Notes under the pieces: generated by a model
The model's input: only the letters and a program-made list of their open reading frames with translations
Told to the model about the DNA's origin: nothing
Databases searched by the model: none
Position numbers and translations under genes: made by a program
In this document: piece after piece, positions 52,201 to 64,000 of the stretch
Layout of the letters: every line of letters starts with the position of its first letter
How positions within the stretch are numbered: position 1 is the first letter of the stretch
Source of the DNA: Macrostomum lignano
Lineage: Eukaryota
Reading direction: 5' to 3'
Assembly: GCA_002269645.1 (NCBI GenBank)
Contig: NIVC01001794.1
Coordinates: forward strand, 1 to 64,000
DNA length: 64,000 bases

Positions 52201-55184
52201 GAGCACCATAATAAACTTTCTATATTGGAAGCTTTGCACGTTTAAGACTGCCAACCCTCTTTTAACAGTAGAAAGACCAGGGGGTGTATTTCAAATACAC
52301 ACTTTTTTCTTTTGTCTGGATCTCCAAAAATATTCAACCAATTGTCATGAAAATCCAGAACACGTGCTAAAATGTTCCGCTCTATTCGATGGAGCAACTT
52401 TGAGAATCACGAAAAATCGGCATTGTCGAGATATTCAACGATTCTCCTCGGGGTGTCTGGTGGAAAAAACCACCAACATTGGTAAAATTTTTCTGCTCAC
52501 AAAAATCTCATCATGAAACTACGTCGGCTCAACAAACTATGCATATCAGTCGTAGAGGCCTTTGTTATCAGCATCCCAGGAACCAGGGTCCCCTTCATCA
52601 CCGTCTGGAGCATCGGCGACGACCGTCGGGACCTTCAACAAAAGCACCCGATCGGCATCTCAGAGACGGCTGCGTTCCCAAAACTGAAATGGAAGAATCC
52701 TCTTCAGCATGCAGCATTCAGTCAGTAGACATAATCGGTGAATGAAAGGGACGATGGCGACCCTCCTAGGCTGAACTGTAGACATACAGACGACCTTCGA
52801 GACCTTCAACAGAGTGCCACCACGCGACCCCGACAAGCTGACACCGCTAACATCGTGATTTTTCTCACAAGGCACCAAACCAGGCATGTTTGCATATTAT
52901 ACAATGGTCCTGCACCATGTTCAGCAAGGTGCGGGAGCCAGCTCGTCAGGGCACCCCGTTGAAGATCCCGAAGGTCGTCCAGATGGAGCTGTTAAATCGA
53001 CTAACTCTTCGAAACCGAAAAATAACTAAGTAGGCAAAAATCGGATGCTTGTAGCCTTCAATACCTCTGCGTTCTCGCGCAGGCAAACAAATCAAACAAG
53101 TTAGCAAGAACACGCTTACCAAAAATCACGCCCTTTTTAATTATTATTATTTAACGTGGGGTGGGGTTAGCAGATTGAGGGGGGTTGGCTCATGTACATT
53201 AAAGAGAAAATACATGTACAATTAAATAAGTAAAACCCCAAAAATATGACAAAAATGAACCTCCAGAACAGGAGCTGAATGCTGAATTTCGATCCAAATG
53301 GCAGACTTTTACGAAAATCGGTAATTCGGTTTGCGAGCTATCGTGAAATGGGTCGTGTGTATTTGTAATACACCCCGTGGTCTTTCTACATGTTTAGCGT
53401 TCAATTAGCAGGGAGAGGCAGCATGCAGTGTGCACTTTAGTTCTATCGACTCTGTAATTTTAATGTTGTTCAATTCTAGCTTTTTGGTACACCATGCTCT
53501 AATTGATAAAATATATATTTTTGCGTCTTTCTTACCCCGTTGGTCTCACAAATATTTTATTCTACCTGACGATGCTGTATGTTCAACGAAACATGTTGTA
53601 CAAATAAAGTTTTAGTTTTATTCGCCATCGTTATCCACAAATACTCGGAAAAGAAAGGGTTATCTTGTTGGCTTTGTCTATATAATATTATTAAAGAAAT
53701 GTAGCCTGCCTCAATTCTACGTTGCATATTGAGGATATTCATATAGGGGATATGCATATTGGGGACATTGGGGATATGCATATTGGGGGCATGCATATTA
53801 GGGATGGGGGTATGAAGGTTGGGGATATGTAGTTTTGAAGGTTATGCAGCTAAGTGTCAATGAATACGGGGATTTTTGCAGATGTTGTAGCCCCTTCTTT
53901 TTAGTTGCACCCCAATACCCGGGATCCGGATGCAGAGCCCTAAACCCTACAGTCCCATCGGGCTTCAACTTCGGCCAATCTGATTATAAAACATTATAAA
54001 TATACATTGATGCTGTTTTATCTTTTAAGCGTCTTACGAGCTTTGCAGCAGCAAAGTGCTTTATATTGCGGCGGTTGTTGTAAAACCGCAGAGCAACCAT
54101 AAAGCATTACTTCGATGCTTCTTCACAGTAATGTATTGGAAAGTTGCACATGTAAATCGAAAGTACAAGATAATAGTAACATGAAAAGCGCATTTAATTA
54201 GTATGCTCAGCAACATTGATAACTCGCCACCCTTTGCTCCAGTAAGCAACTTCTCTCGGACCTCACTTTAAGAGTGTAATAATACTCTTAGAATCATTTC
54301 GATGCAGCTTTGGTATCGTTGCCAATAGCTACGCGTGCACGCACCACTGACCTTCTCGGTCCCCGGATACGAACCCAGTCGAGCATGTCTGGAGCACCCT
54401 GGAGCAACGCTTCTCCTAACCATCGAGTTGTCAGGCAATTCTCCTCATTCCGCTTGAGCACACAGATGCAAGCGCGCCAATACTGTACGCAGGCACTGCA
54501 CTCATACACTCAGCGGCCGACTTTCTAATTGTAGACATGTACACTCTGTGCAGTGGGGGTTGGCCCTCACGCATGTGCACAACCTCATGCACAACCCTCC
54601 GGCCAATTTTTCAATTTCTAATATCATTTAAATAAACCAAAACCCTGCTTCTAATCTTTTTCAAAACAGTTGGAAATCAATTCTGAAAGCAGGAAGACGG
54701 TAAAACATATCAATATAGAAACATGAACCACAAAGGAAAGATTTAAAGCAGCATAACGCACAACTTGGCTTCTGCCAGATTTCCTCTGGCAAACAATTGT
54801 CACACATTAATTTATTTAAACTTGTTTGATTAAGATGATTACAGATATAATCTTACATTTTTATTAACATAAGCCAAGAACCAAGCCTGCTGCAAAAGTT
54901 TGCAAGAGTTTCCCGCGTCAGGGCTGTCACTGAACAGTCCATCAATAATATCAGCACCAAAACAGTTAGCATTTTTATAACACAACTCAAACGCAAACCG
55001 AACAGAGAAGCTGAGAGAGCGAGTAAGTTGCAGTTAAGGACTTTAATTTTGCATGAAAGAGCAACACAACACTACTGTAAGCACTAAATAGTCTATGTGA
55101 TTATTTGACACTGAGAATTGGTATTTCAGTAACGATAGAGAGACTCGGACAGTAAAGTAACTCAGCATTGGAAGTGCTAGTAGT

Positions 55185-55420
55185 TATGCACCCAATGAAA
55201 GGACCGGAAGTGGTTATACACCCAATGAAAGGACCGGAAGTGGTTATACACCCAATGAAAGGACCGGAAGTGGTTATACACCCAATGAAAGGACCGGAAG
55301 TGGTTATACACCCAATGAAAGGACCTTCATGACCTATGGAAGTGGTTATACACCCAATGAAAGGACCGGAAGTGGTTATACACCCAATCGAAGGACCGGA
55401 AATGGTTTATATTCCAAAGG
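55185..55420. repeat. 30-bp minisatellite containing ETS (CCGGAAGT) and CCAAT motifs
   Basis: Unit is ggaagtggttatacacccaatgaaaggacc, about 7 copies. Confidence 0.9.
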
Positions 55421-56029
55421 AACTGAAATGGTTAAACACCCCACTAAAGTACCATAGGTAATTAAACATTTTACTAAGGAACTGAAAGTGACTACGAATA
55501 TAAGATATATAATTAAACAATTCAACCAGCAAATTTATCGATAAATTGCTTTCAGAAACTGTCATTTCTAGGGCCTAACAAAAACATAACGAGCAAACCT
55601 ATCTAGAGTACACAGTACAAATAACAAACGACTTTTTGCAAGAAAACAATCAAAATATTAATGATAAAATAATTGATACGTAAAATTAAATAGCAGAATA
55701 CTTCTGATGCAGCAAAGCAGATCAACATTTATAGTTGGCTAATAGTAAAGGGAAGGCGATTTACAATACAAAAAAGCAGAAACGCCCATTAAATATGCAA
55801 CACAGCTAGGATAACTGATCAGTGAGTGCACTGGGATATTCGGTGAGGAAACAAACAACTACAGAAAAAGCATTGAAAAAGCAGCAATTAGCAGTTATTA
55901 TCAAGACATCCGAAGTCTACTAAGACTAATGATGGCGACAGACGGCACAGTTATCTTAAGTGAGATTTTTTAGCACCGGAATTTTAACTGAAAGTATCTG
56001 AGTTCTCACTCAGATTATAATGAGTACTT

Positions 56030-56590
56030 CTGAGATCTCACCTATGAGACAGTAGCACTGAGATCTCACCTGTGAGACAATAGCAGTGAGATCTCACCTA
56101 TGAGACAGTAGATCTATGATCTAGACAATGAGACAGTAGATCTAAGATCTCACCTATGAGACAGTAGATCTAGTATCTCACCTATGAGACAGTAGATCTA
56201 GTATCTCACCTATAAGACAGTAGATCTAAGATCTCACCTATGAGACAGTATATCTAGTATCTCACCTATAAGACAGTAGATCTAGTATCTCACCTATGAG
56301 ACAGTAGATCTAGTATCTCACCTATGAGACAGTAGATCTAGTATCTCACCTATAAGACAGTAGATCTAAGATCTCACCTATGAGACAGTAGATCTAGTAT
56401 CTCACCTATGAGACAGTAGATCTAGTATCTCACCTATGAGACAGTAGATCTAGTATCTCACCTATAAGACAGTAGATCTAAGATCTCACCTATGAGACAG
56501 TATATCTAGTATCTCACCTATAAGACAGTAGATCTAAGATCTCACTTATGAGACCTATGAGACAGTAGATCTAGTATCTCACCTATAAGA
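56030..56590. repeat. 28-bp minisatellite (ctcacctatgagacagtagatctagtat), about 19 copies
   Basis: Directly visible, starting about 190 bp downstream of the UBE4B stop. Confidence 0.93.
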
Positions 56591-56775
56591 CTTATCACCA
56601 ACGTCTAATAGAGAAGTCACCTCACCTGAGGCAGTCAAGCCTTGTCTCGCACATTACTTCAGTAAGGGCCTTCGATTTTAACTAGTGTGGACAGGACCTC
56701 AACAAAGAAATGCATCAAAATGTAATAAAAAGATTTGATGACGCAATCATTCCGTGGGTACTACACCAGCCCAGC

Positions 56776-59700
56776 TCAGTGCTGCATTGGCTCACCTCGA
56801 GCTCCGCCTCGTCTCTCGGCGTCCCGTTCGGCTTTCCAAGCGGCAATTCGATTGCGAAGCTCAGGCAGCTCTTTCAGATCGGACTCGGACATGGGCATCT
56901 TCGAGTAGGGATTGGTGGCCGAGTTCAACAGGTGGCGTCTGATGGTGGCTCGGTCCAGAATCTGAAAGTTTGGGAACGGGGAGACAGCAGGGGGATCAGG
57001 CTGCGGCAGACAGTTGAAGAGGATCTGGCACAGTGAAGATCTGAGAGGCTGCCCTAGCAACTGAGAAGGCTGGCCTATGTAATGTGAGTATCTTTCGGAT
57101 TGGTGGCATTTTATTAGTTAGTTACTCGTAGTTTCTGTATTATTGTTGTTAATTATTCTATTTTGCTTTAATTTAGTCACGCGGTTCAATGTACTTTTTG
57201 TCTAGTTTAGAGTTTGTTTTGCGTAAACAGGCTAGAAGTCAGACGCCAATTCTGTGACCCAGCGGAGGGTTGAGTTTCCTGCGTACCCCAAGCTTTGCGC
57301 GACCAGCTAATCAGAATCGGCCTGGACCCTGGCACGCGGCAAAATCCAAGTCTACCCGGCGCCGCGGGCCCAGTGCAAATCAGCTTAGCGAGCGGCCGGC
57401 CAGACGACCACCACCCGGCTTGAGGGGGGTCACTTCTCTTTCCCCTTCTGTTTTCTGGCCTTTGGTTTTGTCCCAACTTTTCGGCCGTTTTGCCCTATTT
57501 GTTTCGCGCTTTGAGGCGCCTGGTTGTTCGTCACCCCCAGTCCGTGATTTGTTCCCCTGCCCAACCGTTTCAGTCTTGTAGCGTAACGTCTACGGCAAAT
57601 TGTTGTCTGAAGGCGTCGTTATTAAGCGCGGTCTAGTTAGAGACTGACGGATTCGACCAAGTACGTGGCCTCGACCCCGAGGGCCTCAGTGTGGCACTGA
57701 GGGGCAGCGCTGATAGAACTTAGCCAGAGCTCCGCTAAACGGTCGATTCGTCAGGGCTCTCGTTTGAGCGTAGGTTCTGGTTTAGGCCAGTGGTTAGGAG
57801 TCTTTCTCCGTGGTCCCGTGTTCGGTTCCTTCTTCTTCAAGCTGAGATCCGCTCACCAATTGCGTAATTAATTATTATTAATCGTTGTATCGTTATTGTT
57901 TCGTTATCATCAGTGCTCAATTTATCTGCATCGCGAATTACGTATTAAGGATTGTAATCAACCTAAATTCATTATATTATATACTCCGAGTCAAATTAGC
58001 CATTCTTGAACTAGGATTATCACTCTCTAAATCTATTCGATCGTGTTCACCTGTGTTCCTTCCTTTTCTTGTACCGTACTGCGACTATTGGAGAAAGATT
58101 GGTAGAACTCGCCGACCGGCGATAGGCAAATAGGCCAATAGTTTTAAAATCTTCGTACGCTCCGAAAATAGGTTCGTCTAGGGCCTAATTTATTTGCCGT
58201 ATCGTATTTCGTATATTCGTATTTATCACACCTAGCAACTGAGAAGGCTGGCCTAGCAACCGAGGATCTGGAAGGGTGGCCCAGCAACAGAGGACCTGAG
58301 AGGCTGGCACATTGAGAGACATGCAGACAAAACGCACCTGTCCAGTGGGCAGCTCCACAGGGTCGGACATGAGAGTGAACATCATCTCGTCCATGAACTC
58401 GTCCGGCGCATTGTCATAGTCCAAGTCAACCTGCCGCCTGGCATTGGCGATCTCGTCTGTCCGCTTCCGCAGCCGCTCCAGCACCTGCAGATCCATCTCG
58501 GAGCGAATGCCGGCCCGTCGGATGCGTTCGATAGCCTGGGGGAGCAGCGACTCCGAGTAGCTGCGCTCGTCATTCACAATGGCCTCCTGGAACTCGGGCT
58601 GGGCGGCCAGATTCAAGTAGATGGTGATAAAGTTGCTCAGCATGGACCTCGGCTCCCAGCCGTATTTGTCCGGGCTTCGAACTTTCAAAGTGTTGCACTT
58701 GCTGCCGCAGAGCTGCTTGAGATTGTAGTTGAGCATAGTTGCTAACCGCTCTACTAGTTCGCCGTTCATGAAAGCCCTGGGCAGCTCTTGAGTCAGGTAG
58801 TTGAACATTTCCACCGTTTTTAGCGACAGGGTCAGGTAGGATTTCACCTGCAGGTTGGTGTTAGTCATTCCTTAAGTTTTCTAAAGCAGTTTGTGAAAGT
58901 TTTGGCTGCGAGAAATCAATAATAACCCGCTACGAAGTCGCTCCTTATTGCCTGGCATGGACAGAGAAGCTATCCACCTCACTCCAGCCGCTTCTCATTG
59001 GTTGAGACAAACAGAGAAGTCACCCACCTCATTCCAGCCGCTTCTCATTGGCTGAGACAAACAGAGAAGCCACCCACCTCACTCTAGTCGCTTCTCATTG
59101 GCTGAGACAAACAGAGAAGCCATCTACCTCACTCCAGCCGCTTCTCATTGGCTGAGACAAACAGAGAAGCCACCCACCTCACTCCAGTCGCCTCTCATTG
59201 GCTGAGACAAATAGAGAAGTCACACAACTCACACCAGTCATTTTTTATTGACTACAGCGAATAGAAAAGGCACCACTTCACTTCAGCAACTTCTAATTGG
59301 CTGAGATGAATGCAAAAATTACCCACCCAACTCCACATTTTATTGGCGCTGAACATTTCATTGGCTAACACCGTCCAAACCAACTGTTCCTTACAAGTCT
59401 TTCACCCGTATAACATAAACGCACCTGTCTCTCATTGTTATTCAGCTCCTGTTTAAGTTCTCCCTGCTGTTCGGCGGTGCAGCCTTGAAAGCCGGAATCT
59501 GCAAGGTCCTGAATCTCTCGGATTCGTTTCAAACAGCCGAGACTCTCGTCCAACAGGTAGGTGGCATCGTTAATTAACACGTTGACAAATCGTACAAATA
59601 CGGGATTCTGAGACTGTCGACGGAACTGCTCCCTGTGCAGGTGGGTCGCCCAGAGGCTGTGAAATATAGTGGCCAGGTGATAGCGAATGGTGAACTTGTC

Positions 59701-62700
59701 GTAGAACTCGCTGCTCGAGCCCGTGCTTTCAACTTCCACGTAGAATTGCAACAGGCTAGTGACTAATCCGTCCAGACTCCACTGCTGCATCACCAGGTCT
59801 TGGAACTGAGCCTCCATACGAGGCTGCACAGTGGGATCAAGATAAAATAGTATCTCAACTAGCTTGGAAACCAGATGGGGATTGCGCACCAGCGGATACG
59901 GATGAGACAGAGCCGCAATCACCAGGCGGAAGCAGCGTGGCACAGGGGTCTGCTTGAAGTAGCCGGGCTGGAATTCGATTACCAGCACGAGCAGTTCGCA
60001 CATGTCCTCTAGAAAGAACTCAGGCAGGCTGCGCAGCTCTTTGCACTGCTGCGGCTCGCCGTACTGCAGCAGGGAGAGCAGCCAGTCGGCCAGCTGATCG
60101 TAGTAGAACATGGCGTCTCTCAGCAGCGACTCGTGGTAGATTGCCGCCTAGCAGAGATGGATCAGCGTAAGCAATGCCAACTTAGCGACAATTGTTAATT
60201 GTCTTCATAACCCGAGCTTAGTCTTCATAAGCACTATTATTCTCTAAATACTAAAGCAGAGTCAATCCGATGAAAACGGTACCTAGGCATAGAAGCTTCC
60301 TAGCGTCACTTGCGTCGCCCCATAGTCGTTGCAGGTAACACAGGTAAAATACGATAAAGATGTCTCGGTACAAGTCGACAAAAAGTCGTCAATGAGTCAA
60401 TTTGAGGTGTTCTAATATCTGCGACTCTGAAAAGACTCTTGTGCGACAACAGTCACTCTGGTAGATTTGTATCTGAGGCGTGGTGGAGTCGCTGTAGAAT
60501 CACTGAGTTGCATCTCTAAAGCGCATCTGCGTCACTTTATGAATAAGACAACCTACTGCGCATAATCTACTTGAGTTAGTAGAAAGTTAAGCGCTAACAC
60601 AGCGATTTTTAGACGACTTTCTGCAACTCAGGCGTGATGCGCTCGTGACCCAACAGTCAATTGAGCCGGTAAAAAGTTACAAGATTCGCCCCAGAGTCGC
60701 TAGAGCCACTAGTTTGCAATGACTCCTTAGCCATTCTTGTCACGGTTTTAATGCTTTTAACGGGTGAGTTAATAAAGGATTCAAAGACACCGGTACGGAA
60801 CTTGAATTATTCACGGAACGCTCACCTGATCGCACAGTTTAGCTCGCTTCTGACTGTTGAGAAATGTCCGAATCCTGTCGGCATTTTGCGCCTGCTCTCC
60901 GCTGTCCAGGATGCGTTCCGCTTCACGCAGATTGCGCAGTCTGCGCTTATGCTTGCGCAGCGTCGCAATCAGGCCGATGTGGTGCGCGTAGGCGGCCAGA
61001 AAGAAGCCCTGCGTGTTGAAGCTGGCCGCCTCGGTGCCCAGCTCGCCTCGCCAGGCCGCCACCTCGCCGGCGTTCGCCATCAGGCGGGCATCGTCATCCT
61101 GATAATTAGTTATTTATGGGTGATGATGGACCTAGTGATGATGCATTAATCCACCTGCCCCTTGATGCACCACCTGTCCCTTGCACCACCTGGACCACCT
61201 GCCCCTTGATGCACCACCTGCCACCTGCATCACCTGGACCACCTGTCCCTTGCACCACCTGTCCCTTGCACCACCTGTCCCTTGCACCACCTGTCCCTTG
61301 CACCACCTGACCCTTGATGCACCACCTGTCCCTTGCACCACCTGTCCCTTGCACCACCTGACCCTTGCACCACCTGACCCTTGCACCACCTGCCCCATGA
61401 TGCACCACCTGCCCCTTGATGCACCACCTGTCCCTTGCACCACCTGCCCCTTGATGCACCATCTGACCCTTGCACCACCTGACCCTTGCACCACCTGCAC
61501 CTTGATGCACCACCTACCCCTTGATGCGCCAGTGCACTGCACTGAACTCACTTTGATCGGAAACGGGCAGTCGGGCCTCAGCAAGAATGCCCGATCAACT
61601 TTGTCCAATGGAATCTTAGCGGCCAATTTGCACAGAGTCGCCTGCAGATTCAACAGGAAGCCTTCGCTTAGAGCGGACGATTCGTCGAATTGCATCTGGC
61701 CGCGGCTGGAGCCGAGCCGGCAGCAGCGCCAGAGCAGACGCAGCACCTCCGGGCGGCACTGCGGCTCGCGTAGCAGCGAATAGAGCAGCTGGTACTGCCG
61801 ATCGCGGGCCACGTCCAGAGCCGTGTGGATAACTCGATGACTCATCAAAACCTCTTCTGGGCTCAGATTGTCCACCACTGGGAACAGTTCCTCGGCCACT
61901 TCAAACTAGGTAACACGATGATGCGATGGTGCACATTGAGTTTGCTTTTTAAATTATCGTTGAGCTCCGCTAGGTTGCATAAAATCATTTCACTTCTACA
62001 CATGGTACCCAACCCATTTTTATTGAAAGCGTTATTATTTTAAGTCGCCATATGCCCAAGTAAATAAATATTTGCATGATTTGTAGGCATTCAAGCAGGC
62101 GCACAACCAACAGTGACTGTGAGGCAATTCTGCTCATTCAGCTTTCTACTAACTACGCTCGTATTTCTGGTTTAAGTGACCAATTAATTACAGCAACTTA
62201 CAGACTCCGACGCGAACGGAGATAAGCAGAGAAACGCGGGCAGAAAAGACAGCCGTTCGAACAGCACCGGCACCTCAGTATTGTAATTCCAGTTCTCCAT
62301 CTGAAGCAGGAATCTGGCAAATACTCGGACACCATCAATTTGCAATTCGACCAATTCAATAATCATCTGCAGGACAGCTTTGTAGAAAGTCTCAGTCAGT
62401 CTTTGACGCTTCATCAGCGTGTGCAAATCGGTGAATAGCCGGCTAAAGACCTCGGCTCGGACGTCAGCTGGCAGCTCTTGCCACAGAACCGTAACCAGGC
62501 CAGAGTCGCCAGACTCGAGCAGATGTGGCGTCAGCGGACTCAAGGCCGACATTGGCGCAGTGAAAGTGCCGGCAGCCAGCAGGCCCAAGTAGTGAACAAG
62601 GATTGCCCGGACTTCGGTCGGATGCGACCGGGACAGCAGCTCGGAGATGTGAGTAACTCCGGCTACACCGTGGACTCGAAGGCCGCATAAGGGGCGGCCA

Positions 62701-62794
62701 GCAGATAGAAACTGACTGCTTGGACCGCCCACCTGGCTAGCAAGGTAATCTAATGCAGAGTCAGCATCTCGCAGCTCTATGTTAGTGCTCATGT
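56776..62794 (-). CDS. UBE4B: Ubiquitin conjugation factor E4 B (Ufd2 core + U-box); possibly 5'-incomplete
   Basis: Exons on the minus strand are 62202-62792/62794, 61552-61905, 60826-61098, 59425-60147, 58338-58847 and 56776-56961, all phase 0, giving 878 aa from the ATG at 62792. Motifs include RNPHLVSKLVE, SEFYDKFTIRYH, FVRFVNVLINDATYLLDESL, LATMLNYNLKQLCGSKC and the U-box APDEFMD..LMSDPV..ILDRATIRRHLL. A possible acceptor (ctaag) just upstream of the ATG means further upstream exons cannot be excluded. Confidence 0.93.
57078..58230. mobile_element. Solo LTR (probably Ty3/Gypsy) in the last UBE4B intron
   Basis: It begins TGTAAT and ends ATCACA, with a perfect 4-bp TSD CCTA (57074-57077 and 58231-58234). 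It interrupts a short ctagcaactgagaaggctggc repeat. Confidence 0.8.
58945..59345. repeat. 50-bp minisatellite with one CCAAT box (ATTGG) per unit in a UBE4B intron
   Basis: Period 50 (cattgg at 58996 and 59046), about 8 units. Confidence 0.9.
61140..61530. repeat. Intronic short-unit minisatellite (gcaccacctg[t/a]ccctt[gat])
   Basis: It fills the UBE4B intron 61099-61551. Confidence 0.9.
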
Positions 62795-62974
62795 CTTAGC
62801 CAAGTACTGTAGCACATGAAATTTTAATATAGTTAGTTATACCAATTAACATATAGTGGACACATTATATAGTGCACAAGTAACTTCCACATTACTACTT
62901 ATATCTAGTAATATGATGAAAGTTTCATCTAGATTTTAGACTGTTAAAAGATTATGGTAATAAATACTACCCAA

Positions 62975-63279
62975 CAGTGGCGGATCCAGAGTTTCATTTG
63001 GGGGGGGCGGTCCAAGTTTGGGGCGCCAACATGAGTGTAAGGGGCGCCAATTTTTAAGCTAGGGGGCGCAAAAATGCGTGTAGGGGCGAAAAATCAAGCT
63101 TAGGGGCGCTAAAAAGGCGTTTGGGGGCGAAAAATCAAGCTTAGGGGCGCTAAAAAGGCGTTTGGGGCGAAAAATCACGTTTAGGGGCGCAAATTTAGGT
63201 TTTTTGGGGGGCGCAATATGTTTGGTTAAGCTATTTTGGAGGGGGGGGGGGCGGCCACTCCCCCCAAAATCCGCCCCTG
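62975..63279. mobile_element. hAT-type MITE
   Basis: Imperfect TIRs are CAGTGGCGGAT / ATCCGCCCCTG, with a perfect 8-bp TSD CTACCCAA (62967-62974 and 63280-63287). Confidence 0.85.
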
Positions 63280-64000
63280 CTACCCAATTAAAAATGCCAA
63301 ACTTGAACACAATTTTATTTAAAACTATAGTGACTTCAAAACTATTTCTAAGCAAAATGCAAATGCACTTTTGTCTATTTGCTAACAGTTTTATATTGAT
63401 CATTTGTAATAATTTAAATGTCAATTAAACAGTTTTTAAAAAATAACTTTAGGAAAATTTTAGCTATCAATAAGTATGTTTATAGAAAAAATGACTATCT
63501 ATTGCTAGATGGATCAGTTTCAAGATGGAAGGATAGAACAGCCTAGGACAGGTTGCCACATGTTTGTGACTCTTTGCCAAAACTACCCTCAATAATCTAG
63601 ATAAAGACTATTGAATAGCAATCTAAGGTGTTTAAGAGGCTCAATATTCCACAGTTGACCATTCACTAAAGCCATGGATTATGAATCAGCATTGATGCTG
63701 GTCATCACACTTTTCTAAGCAACACTTAAATGTATATATATGGTTTTTGGCACTCAAAAAAGGAGGGAATAAAAAGCAATGAAGCTAAAACCGAAGTCTG
63801 AAATATTTTGCTATTTTAAAAGGCTTAAATTTTTTTTAGTTTTTCTATAAACATATTTTTGTCAAAGTAGCCTACAAAGAAGTTTGAGTGCATTCAATCA
63901 AAAGTACTTTTTGCTACTTTCTGCTATATTTTTGTTTATAACTTTTGTTTCCATTGCCTATTTTAAAATATATTAAATTTAATATGAAGAAGAGAGTTGC

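Noticed and set aside
52112-52962. Several 70-130-aa ORFs
   Set aside because: They have no recognisable motifs and overlap PLE and foldback-repeat debris.
61106-61783. WCKGQVVQG / CTTCPLHH Cys-His-rich ORFs suggesting a metal-binding protein
   Set aside because: They are translations of the intronic minisatellite between well-defined UBE4B splice sites (61099-61551).

Overview
This window is eukaryotic, repeat-rich animal genomic DNA with GT-AG introns, so the ORF track is misleading and the genes below were rebuilt by hand from splice sites and intron phases. An interstitial (CCCTAA)n tract suggests a TTAGGG-telomere, non-arthropod and non-nematode invertebrate. The style resembles a flatworm such as Macrostomum, but this is unverified. 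(1) A tandem array of four ADAM-like (reprolysin/M12B) metalloprotease-disintegrin loci lies on the + strand. Copy 0 (3' end only, 1-3744) has a TM helix and Pro-rich tail. Copy 1 (7568-13689) is intact with 14 exons and about 800 aa. Copy 2 (25108-28885) is a scrambled pseudogene. Copy 3 (41946-51460) has 14 exons and a roughly 1,200-aa mucin exon. All four carry Thr/Ser-rich mucin stalks; copies 1 and 3 end in GPI-signal-like hydrophobic tails with no cytoplasmic domain, and copy 2 has a read-through variant of the copy 1 tail. (2) A gustatory-receptor-like 7TM gene (31240-39590) has the TYxxxxxQ motif and three C-terminal phase-0 introns. (3) UBE4B/Ufd2 lies on the - strand (56776-62794). 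(4) Mobile DNA includes a defective Transib/Chapaev-type RAG1-related transposon whose ends resemble 23-RSS signals, nested in a Penelope-like shell with a hammerhead-like motif. Also present are a Polinton-type PolB remnant, a LINE RNase H fragment at the centre of a 2.9-kb palindrome, a Penelope RT remnant, a solo LTR, a hAT MITE, a CORE-SINE, foldback-like elements and many mini/microsatellites. No CRISPR array, rRNA gene or bona fide tRNA gene was found.
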